Assembly: GCA_001825665.1 (NCBI GenBank) | Contig: MHXZ01000042.1 | Location: 35,599-99,598, forward strand | Direction of reading: 5' to 3' | Source: Planctomycetes bacterium GWF2_41_51 | GTDB taxonomy: Bacteria > Planctomycetota > Phycisphaerae > Sedimentisphaerales > UBA12454 | DNA length: 64,000 nt | Part shown: positions 57,749 through 64,000 of the stretch, one piece after another | Numbering within the stretch: the first letter of the stretch is position 1 | Layout of the letters: every line of letters starts with the position of its first letter | Notes under the pieces: model-generated | What the model was told of the DNA's origin: nothing | What the model saw: only the letters and a program-made list of their open reading frames with translations | The model's database searches: none | Program-made: the position numbers and the translations under genes

Positions 57749-57817
57749 AAATGACGTAAATAGTTGAAATTATTTGCGTTTACCGGTTATTATGATTTAA
57801 TAAAATGTGAGGAAAGT

Positions 57818-58108
57818 ATGAAGACCAGAACTTTGATGAATGTATTGCTTGCGATGTTTTTGATCGTATCTGTTGTTGCGGTAAGCGGCTGCAAATCGGT
57901 TGCTGAAACCACTGGTGAAGGTGTGTTGGCTGTTAACCAGGGATTCAGCTCTGTAATGGGCGGTCATGGGCTTGGTGAAAGCGAAAAAGAAAGAACAGAC
58001 GATCATTCAAGGCAGCTTCGTCTCAACGGCTCAATGTTGGTTGATGATATTGATGCCTGGATGATGACTGACAGGGCAAGCAGACTTTCTGAGTTTACCG
58101 TAAGATAA
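57818..58108 (+). CDS. Small lipoprotein
   Basis: MKTRTLMNVLLAMFLIVSVVAVSGC lipobox; GAGGAAAG RBS. The track start at 57764 is an extension. Confidence 0.5.
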   Translation: MKTRTLMNVLLAMFLIVSVVAVSGCKSVAETTGEGVLAVNQGFSSVMGGHGLGESEKERTDDHSRQLRLNGSMLVDDIDAWMMTDRASRLSEFTVR

Positions 58109-58149
58109 ATAAATTAATCACAATTTAGCTATAAGGGATTGGCTGCGAA

Positions 58150-59001
58150 ATGTGGATTGATGCGATAATTGAATATTTGAAACGTGTCGCGACGAACAAT
58201 CCGCTGATTGTAATAATTGAATTGCTTCTAATCGGCCTGGTGGTCTACTGGGCCGTTAATTTTATTGAAGGTACCCGCGGGGAAAGGCTTTTCAGGGGCG
58301 TTATCATCCTATTGCTTGCCGGTTCGATGATTCTTAAACTGCTTGTCGGCAGTTTTAATCTTGAAAGACTTCAGTACCTGTACAGCAGTTTTCTGATTCT
58401 CGTTTTAATTCTGGCGGTAGCGGCGTTCCAGCCTGAAATCCGCAGAATGCTTATTCGCATCGGTCAAACCGGCAGCTTCGGCAGCTCAAGTCAAAGACAA
58501 CTTTCGCAAACAGTTGAAGAAATCATAATGGCGGTTAATAACCTTTCGGAAAAGAAAATCGGCGCAATTATTGTGATTGAAAGACAGGTAGCTCTTGGGG
58601 AATTTACCGAAACCGGCGTTAGAATAGATGCGCAAGTTAAAGCTGCGCTGCTCGAATCGATTTTTTATCCGGGCGGGGCACTTCACGATTTAGGGGTTAT
58701 AATTCACGGCGACAGAATCGCGGCGGCGAGGGTGCAATTGCCTTTGGCGGAAATCGGAACGGTCAGGGGAATTCTGGGTTCGAGGCACAGGGCGGCAATC
58801 GGCATTACTACCGGAAGTGACGCGGTGGCTATAGTTGTGAGCGAAGAAACGGGAATTGTCAGTATCGCTGAAGAAGGAAAGCTCGACAGGCATATCACAG
58901 AAGAATTGCTGCGAAAAAGACTTACGAATATTATCGTCGATACCGCGGGGTTTGCGGCGAGATTTCGTAAAAGCAAGGACAAATCTGCAAAGCCGGCATA
59001 A
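58150..59001 (+). CDS. cdaA: Diadenylate cyclase CdaA (c-di-AMP synthase)
   Basis: Three N-terminal TM segments, then DAC-domain motifs GALHDLGVII and RHRAAIGITTGSDAVAIVVSEETG. Confidence 0.88.
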   Translation: MWIDAIIEYLKRVATNNPLIVIIELLLIGLVVYWAVNFIEGTRGERLFRGVIILLLAGSMILKLLVGSFNLERLQYLYSSFLILVLILAVAAFQPEIRRMLIRIGQTGSFGSSSQRQLSQTVEEIIMAVNNLSEKKIGAIIVIERQVALGEFTETGVRIDAQVKAALLESIFYPGGALHDLGVIIHGDRIAAARVQLPLAEIGTVRGILGSRHRAAIGITTGSDAVAIVVSEETGIVSIAEEGKLDRHITEELLRKRLTNIIVDTAGFAARFRKSKDKSAKPA

Positions 59002-59076
59002 TTGCCGTTTGGCTGCTTATTATCGATATAATCTTTTTTTTCTTTTATTTTTTATTGTTCAGGATAAACTTTCGCT

Positions 59077-59976
59077 ATGGAATTATCTTGGCTGACTAAA
59101 ATTAGAATAGTAATCGCAATTGGCATCGGAGTTGTGCTGGTTGGTTTGCTGCCATGGAATATGGTAGAACCGGAAAATGGTTTTTTTGCCCTTTTGAGCG
59201 GTGCTATAAGTCTTTTCGATTTAATGATTTGCGGGTTATTAGCTTTGGCGGCGGGGTTTTTAGCTTCTGCTGTTTGTACACCTTATGGCGGGCGAATCGG
59301 AATTTTGGCGGTGCCGGGCGGTTTGGCTGTTTGGGCGATTAGAAGCGCCGACCTTTCAAATCTTTTTCAGGCGATGCCTGCTGTAAGTTCAAGACTGGCA
59401 ATATATAACGCACTTCGATTCGAGGGGTTTATCTGGCTTGCTCTGGCGGGGTTGGGATTTATTGGTGCTATGGCGGCGGATAGGTTGTTGAGGAAAAAAA
59501 CGCTTGATTCGGAAGACAGCATAGAAGTTAAAATTAAGCTGCATCCTTTGGCTTCTGCGGGACTTGCGATTGTTGCAACGGTTGTTATCGCGGCGTTTCT
59601 GCTTAATATTCTTGCCGCGGATATATCATATTCAGACCCCAAGATAAATAAGGTAACGGGGCAGCCGGCAAATCTTCAAATTGCCTTTGCGGTTCTTATT
59701 GCTTTTATGGCGTGCGGCTTTTTCAGCAAGTTGTTTCTGGGGACAAGCTACATTTGGCCTGCTTTGGCAACCGTACCTGTAACTATTTATACAATAATAA
59801 TTTACACAAAACAGCCTGTAATGGAGCATTTGGCGGGGGCTTGGCCGGCGGTTTTCTTTGCAAGGACTTCGGTTTCGGTTTTGCCGATTCAGATGGTTGC
59901 TTTCGGTTGTCTGGGAGCGGTTTGGGGGTACTGGCTTGCGGTCAGGTATCGTTTCTGGCGGGAGTTTGAAAGCTAA
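59077..59976 (+). CDS. Polytopic membrane protein of unknown function
   Basis: 299 aa with about 8 hydrophobic segments, immediately downstream of cdaA. Confidence 0.5.
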   Translation: MELSWLTKIRIVIAIGIGVVLVGLLPWNMVEPENGFFALLSGAISLFDLMICGLLALAAGFLASAVCTPYGGRIGILAVPGGLAVWAIRSADLSNLFQAMPAVSSRLAIYNALRFEGFIWLALAGLGFIGAMAADRLLRKKTLDSEDSIEVKIKLHPLASAGLAIVATVVIAAFLLNILAADISYSDPKINKVTGQPANLQIAFAVLIAFMACGFFSKLFLGTSYIWPALATVPVTIYTIIIYTKQPVMEHLAGAWPAVFFARTSVSVLPIQMVAFGCLGAVWGYWLAVRYRFWREFES

Positions 59977-60155
59977 ACGCTCTAAGTAGTTTACACACCA
60001 TTGTTTACATCTATTTTCATTTTCTCGATAATTTATTGTCTTTTATGTGAATTACTCTCCATTTATAGCCGAAAAAATAATCGGCAATGAAATATGGTAT
60101 CCGATAAACATAAGTTCCTGTAAAGGCGTAGTATTAACAGGAATTTAATTAAACC

Positions 60156-60173
60156 GGAGAAAGGAGTGCCGGA
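60156..60173 (+). promoter_or_regulatory. Cluster of three GGA motifs over the csrA Shine-Dalgarno (candidate CsrA autoregulatory site)
   Basis: ACCGGAGAAAGGAGTGCCGGAAAAATG. GGA occurs at 60156, 60163 and 60171. CCGG...CCGG can place AGGAG in a loop. Confidence 0.35.
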
Positions 60174-60176
60174 AAA

Positions 60177-60395
60177 ATGTTGGTTTTAAGCAGGCAAAAA
60201 AACGAATCGATAATGATCGGCGATGATGTTGAGATCATTATTGTAGATGTGCGAGGAGACAAGGTAAGGCTTGGCATTACAGCTCCAAAGTCTGTAAGTG
60301 TCCATCGCAAAGAAGTTTATAACGCTATACAACAGGAAAAGGCTGAAGCAAAAGCTAAAGAACTAAAAGAACAACCAGTAAAACCTCCAATTTAA
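60177..60395 (+). CDS. csrA: Carbon storage regulator CsrA
   Basis: [48 protein letters not shown] is near-canonical CsrA. Confidence 0.95.
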   Translation: MLVLSRQKNESIMIGDDVEIIIVDVRGDKVRLGITAPKSVSVHRKEVYNAIQQEKAEAKAKELKEQPVKPPI

Positions 60396-60426
60396 TAATT
60401 CTTCATTTTCTTCTTCTCTAATACTG

Positions 60427-60453
60427 AAAAGGCCGTTTGAGACGGCCTTTTTT
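60427..60453. terminator. Bidirectional terminator
   Basis: AAAA-GGCCGT-ttgag-ACGGCC-TTTTTT. Confidence 0.75.
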
Positions 60454-60458
60454 GTTTT

Positions 60459-60899
60459 CTATTTTTTCTTCTTTGCCTTGGGCGGCGGCATAATCGAATT
60501 CGGCTCGACAAGGGCTTCTTTTCGGAGTTGAACCGCCTGGTCTATTAATTCTTCTTTATCAGGCTGTTGATACGGTTCAAGCTTGAAATTCCAGGTATAT
60601 TCATCCACCCTTGTGCGGAACATATCATCGAGCAAATCAAATGGGAATTTGTCACGCAGAGGGCGCTGTAAGTTGCGGTGAGTACTGGTAGTTAGGTAGC
60701 CTTCTTTGGCGAGGCGGATGTTGTAATCGCCATACCATTCAAAACCGACTGTTACGGGGGAAACTCCGATTTCTTCATCGTTGAGCGAGACGAGAGCGCC
60801 AGCAGGCTCGGTTACAATCGTAAGTTTTCGCTCGACGCAACCTAAGTAAAAACAGGAACTTATGAAACATAAAATCAAGAACAGCTTCCGTACCGTCAT
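60459..60899 (-). CDS. PEGA-domain lipoprotein
   Basis: Signal/lipobox (FYLGC). TIVTEPAGALVSLNDEEIGVSPVTV...YNIRLAKEGY is a PEGA motif. Confidence 0.7.
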   Translation of the reverse strand: MTVRKLFLILCFISSCFYLGCVERKLTIVTEPAGALVSLNDEEIGVSPVTVGFEWYGDYNIRLAKEGYLTTSTHRNLQRPLRDKFPFDLLDDMFRTRVDEYTWNFKLEPYQQPDKEELIDQAVQLRKEALVEPNSIMPPPKAKKKK

Positions 60900-61069
60900 T
60901 TTATACTCCCTAAAATTGAAATAAAATTATCAGCGAATTACCGATATTTGTCAATATAAAACGTAAGACGTCAGAGTGAGCCAACGGTTTTACGTGCGAG
61001 AAATGAACTGTTGGCCACAGGTTTCACAGATTTTTAGGTTTTTCGTGATGTTTGTGGTATATAAATGTT

Positions 61070-61786
61070 ATGAATTCAGTAATCAAAAAAATCAGGGAAG
61101 AATTAAAAGCATCCGCAGACGAGAGAGTTAAGATTTCAACGCAGAGATTCTTCAAAGAAGAAATAAAAGTTTACGGCCTGAAATCGGCGGCTGTTACGAA
61201 AATCGCAAAAACTCATTTTTCGCAAATTAAAAATCTCGATAAGAAAGAAATATTCTCATTGTGCGAAGAACTTTTTCAATCCGGCTATCTCGAAGAGTTC
61301 GGAATCGCGGCGACATGGTCGTACAAAATCAGCGACAGATTTTTGCCGACAGATTTTAAAATATTCGAGCAGTGGATCAAAAAATATATAGATAACTGGG
61401 CCAAGTGCGATACGCTCTGCAATCATACTGTCGGGACTTTCATAGAACAAAATCCATCCTTCGTTGATGAACTTAAGAGATGGACTAAATCAAAAAATCG
61501 ATGGGTCAAAAGAGCGGCGGCAGTATCGCTTATCGTTCCGGCAAAAAAAGGAAAGTTCCTTAATGATATTTTTGAAATCGCGGAAAGCCTTTTAATAGAT
61601 AAAGATGATATGGTGCAAAAGGGGTATGGATGGATGCTCAAAGAGGCAAGCAGGAAAAATCAAAAAGAAGTTTTCGAGTTTGTGATGAAAAATAAAAAAG
61701 TTATGCCGAGGACGGCATTACGGTATGCGATAGAGAAAATGCCGGAGAGCCTGCGCAGAAGAGCGATGATAATTAACCACCAATAA
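61070..61786 (+). CDS. DNA alkylation repair protein (AlkD-like HEAT-repeat family)
   Basis: W.KS.NRWVKRAAAVSLI...DMVQKGYGWMLKE pattern of the DNA_alkylation family. Confidence 0.75.
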   Translation: MNSVIKKIREELKASADERVKISTQRFFKEEIKVYGLKSAAVTKIAKTHFSQIKNLDKKEIFSLCEELFQSGYLEEFGIAATWSYKISDRFLPTDFKIFEQWIKKYIDNWAKCDTLCNHTVGTFIEQNPSFVDELKRWTKSKNRWVKRAAAVSLIVPAKKGKFLNDIFEIAESLLIDKDDMVQKGYGWMLKEASRKNQKEVFEFVMKNKKVMPRTALRYAIEKMPESLRRRAMIINHQ

Positions 61787-61834
61787 ACACGAATTTACAC
61801 TAATGTTTTTAATCACGGATTACACGGAGTTCAC
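61787..61834. repeat. Short phased word repeats (ACACGAATTTACACTAAT; CACGGATTA-CACGGAGTT-CAC)
   Basis: Read directly. The 18-mer recurs at 62054-62071. Confidence 0.7.
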
Positions 61835-62044
61835 TGATTTTAAAAATAGTTTATACTCGTCAAAAGGTTATGTTGACGCAGCTCGTTTCGTTCATCGTTT
61901 TGCAGTTGCGTAAAAGCCACAGAGAAATGATTTTTATTTAGCCACCCCGATGAGATAGTATTGCGGTTCATCGCACCACAGTGAAATAGCTGCGATACTT
62001 CACATGGCAGGCGGGTAAACTTCTAACACAACAAATATTTTAAC

Positions 62045-62175
62045 CACGAATGAACACGAATTTACACTAATTATTTTTAAAACGCAGATCACGCCAGAGG
62101 CGGACCAAGTCGCGCAGATTACGCAGATTTAAAGAATTATTTTCACCACGAAGCAAACGAAGAGCACGAAGAAAT
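62045..62175. repeat. Array of 9-10-nt phased tandem words
   Basis: CACGAATGAA-CACGAATTTA-CAC (62045-67), ACGCAGATC-ACGCCAGAG (62082-99), GCAGATTAC-GCAGATTTA (62114-31) and CACGAAGCAA-ACGAAGAG-CACGAAGAAA (62147-74). Confidence 0.7.
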
Positions 62176-62251
62176 ACATAAATATTTTTAAAAAACAAGA
62201 TGATAAAAAAATTATTTGTATCATGTATGTAAGCAAGGTAAAATAATAGAT

Positions 62252-62779
62252 ATGAGCGTGAAATTCGAATATATCTTATCTGATGAACGGCAAACATCTC
62301 TCAATAAAATTTGTTTGGAATTTAGAAGAACAAGAAAAGAGAAAGCATTAAGAATAATCATTTCGGTTGTCCTGTTTTTAATGGCTATAATGTTTTTTGT
62401 CATGTCACGAATACAACTTTTATCTTTATGGGTTGGACTATTTTTCATATTTCTAATTTTTTTAATTTATTTTGGACACAGGATCGAATTTTGGTTTAGC
62501 AGGCGACGATTCCAAAAATCTATTTTCAGGAATGAGAAAATTACCAATATATTATCAGAAGAGGGATTTACTGAACTTACAGGAAAAAGCGAAGTTAAAT
62601 ATAAATGGGAAATCTTTGATAAAGCTATTGAAACCAGTGATTACTTCATGCTCAACAGCCAAAATGTAAAAATCATAATCCCTAAAGCACATTTAATTGA
62701 AGGAACTATCGAAGAGGCAGAGGCAATAATTAAAAGACATATTCAATTGAATAGTCAGAGATGTTCCAAATTATTTTAA
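62252..62779 (+). CDS. YcxB-like membrane protein
   Basis: Two central TM segments and a C-terminal domain with ...KYKWEIFDKAIETSDYFML.... The start is uncertain (62216 or 62252). Confidence 0.5.
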   Translation: MSVKFEYILSDERQTSLNKICLEFRRTRKEKALRIIISVVLFLMAIMFFVMSRIQLLSLWVGLFFIFLIFLIYFGHRIEFWFSRRRFQKSIFRNEKITNILSEEGFTELTGKSEVKYKWEIFDKAIETSDYFMLNSQNVKIIIPKAHLIEGTIEEAEAIIKRHIQLNSQRCSKLF

Positions 62780-62783
62780 TCCT

Positions 62784-62801
62784 GATTACGCGGATTACGC
62801 C
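62784..62801. repeat. Tandem 9-mer GATTACGCG-GATTACGCC
   Basis: Read directly, immediately after the YcxB-like gene. Confidence 0.6.
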
Positions 62802-62868
62802 AGCGACGGACAGTTTCACAGAAACTTAAAGGTAAAACTTAGAATAAAACATCTGAACTGGTTAATTC

Positions 62869-63333
62869 TCACTTTCTGGCAGGCAGAACTTTGTTCTGAT
62901 ATATTTTTTCAGTTCTTTTCCCAAAATAATTCCAGAAGATCAGTCCAATCCATTCCATTGTTAACCATCGGCCATTCTGATATGTTTCGAATGCCCACTT
63001 GTACGGTATGCCTCCCGCCAACCGTTCACGAATCCGCATGCCCGGGCTTAAAAGATCACGAACAAGTCCGAGAGCTTGCGCAGCAAGTTCATCTGCATTC
63101 TTATATTCATTAAGATTTAGTGTCATGTGAGCTCCACTTGCTATCACCGTGATTCTATCAGGATTAACTTCAATTTTAATTGCAAACCCTTCATCGAACA
63201 TTTCAGGTATGTCGAGGATGCAATGATCCTCATCTTCATCAATAGACCATTCATGTTTGATTTGCGGATGATCTGATAAGGCTTTTCTGGCCTGCTTTAC
63301 AAAACTTTGATATAATGCCGGGTCTCGATTCAT
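62869..63333 (-). CDS. Hypothetical protein
   Basis: 154-aa ORF with no motif I recognise. Confidence 0.45.
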   Translation of the reverse strand: MNRDPALYQSFVKQARKALSDHPQIKHEWSIDEDEDHCILDIPEMFDEGFAIKIEVNPDRITVIASGAHMTLNLNEYKNADELAAQALGLVRDLLSPGMRIRERLAGGIPYKWAFETYQNGRWLTMEWIGLIFWNYFGKRTEKIYQNKVLPARK

Positions 63334-63402
63334 TCAATCTTCCTCCCTGCATTCTGAAACAGAAGAATAGACTTTTTTCATTTGTTGTCCTTCTTTATAA
63401 CT

Positions 63403-63693
63403 TCAATCATCCATTTCACAAAATAGAACTTTGCCGTTTTTAGAAAAAGTTACTCTATAAAAATTCCATTGAAGGCCGCTGCCATAAGTCCATTGTTCTG
63501 AATTTTCATTATAATTAATATTGTTGGGGTGTCCTAAAATGGTTTGCACCTCTTCTTTTGACATTCCTTCAACTATTCTTGAAACGAGTTCAGTTGAAAC
63601 AGGTCTACTGTGCATAGCCCAGATTGAAAAAAACATAAACATTGTTGCTAAAACAAGAACAGTAACTAATAAAATTTTAGATTTCTTCATCAT
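63403..63693 (-). CDS. Small membrane-anchored protein with an SmpA/OmlA (BamE-like) motif
   Basis: N-terminal TM, then GMSKEEVQTILGHP...W.Y. Confidence 0.5.
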   Translation of the reverse strand: MMKKSKILLVTVLVLATMFMFFSIWAMHSRPVSTELVSRIVEGMSKEEVQTILGHPNNINYNENSEQWTYGSGLQWNFYRVTFSKNGKVLFCEMDD

Positions 63694-63711
63694 TTGATCG
63701 TTTTATTTTTG

Positions 63712-63999
63712 TTAAATTCTTATTTGTTCGTAAGTCATATCAGTGGAGGACATGGCGCGGAGATTGTCGGGGGTCATTTTTATGATTACATACTCAGGCA
63801 TTTTGGGGTCGGGGAAATATTGGGCCAGTTCGGGTTTCTGTTTATAGAGCCAAAGTTTTTCATCGTTATCTGTACTGATTAAACATGGGCCTGCGATGCG
63901 GACGTGTTTGCCGGCGGAATCGCAAAAACAATATTCGGCATACGGTACTTTTTCGAGCTGTTTGACTTTATCGGATGGCGTGTAGGTAGCGCATAATAA
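63712..63999 (-). CDS. Hypothetical protein, C-terminal 95 codons (5' end outside the window)
   Basis: Open minus-strand frame from the window edge to the TAA at 63714-63712. It ends ...PEYVIIKMTPDNLRAMSSTDMTYEQIRI. It is not in the track. Confidence 0.4.
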   Translation of the reverse strand, partial: LLCATYTPSDKVKQLEKVPYAEYCFCDSAGKHVRIAGPCLISTDNDEKLWLYKQKPELAQYFPDPKMPEYVIIKMTPDNLRAMSSTDMTYEQIRI

Positions 64000-64000
64000 C

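Noticed and set aside
47378-61952. Shared 13-mer AGCCACCCCGATG at 47378 and 61940 as evidence of a dispersed element
   Set aside because: In a 64-kb window searched on both strands, tens of exact 13-mer coincidences are expected by chance (about 4e9 position pairs / 4^13). The flanks do not align.
1-64000. CRISPR arrays, IS elements/transposases, integrases, prophage genes, reverse transcriptases (retron/DGR), toxin-antitoxin pairs, restriction-modification genes
   Set aside because: I looked through all track ORFs and the longer spacers and found no regularly spaced repeat-spacer array. No ORF carries DDE/tyrosine-recombinase, RT (YxDD), methyltransferase or classic toxin motifs. The XRE regulator is paired with a membrane protein, not a toxin-like ORF.

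Overview
This is a chromosomal, mostly housekeeping 64-kb segment from an AT-rich bacterium. I infer Planctomycetota, probably Phycisphaerae-like, from a DUF1559/H-X9-DG pseudopilin-like protein, three PEP-CTERM proteins, dockerin-like C-terminal tails and a chlamydial-type Hc1 histone-like protein. About 75 protein genes are supported. They include glnS, dus, smpB, trpC, lpxB, yidC, mnmE, dnaK, pdaD-speB (agmatine route to putrescine), an ECF sigma/anti-sigma pair, xylA and parB with two parS sites. Also present are glyA, a B12-radical-SAM enzyme, a ClC channel, a PAS-kinase/NarL-type two-component system, DUF1015 plus a class-V aminotransferase, der, an MscS channel, cdaA and csrA. I saw no rRNA, tRNA, CRISPR array, transposase, integrase, reverse transcriptase or recognisable published defence system, and I cannot point to a clear multi-gene novel system. 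The most unusual loci are listed here. (1) A very AT-rich islet at 47.0-48.9 kb carries an orphan GIY-YIG-like ORF bracketed by GC-rich, highly structured non-coding sequence. (2) A diverged segmental duplication (TM-helix gene plus about 300 nt of upstream non-coding DNA) brackets a PEP-CTERM cluster and abuts the two-component system. (3) Two unannotated Cys-cluster/Lys-tail micro-ORFs sit near a 13%-Met secreted protein and the ECF pair. (4) An orphan parB has two parS sites in its own upstream spacer. (5) Phased 9-10-nt tandem word repeats lie in the spacers around 61.8-62.8 kb. All function calls come from motif recognition by eye, and no database search was run.
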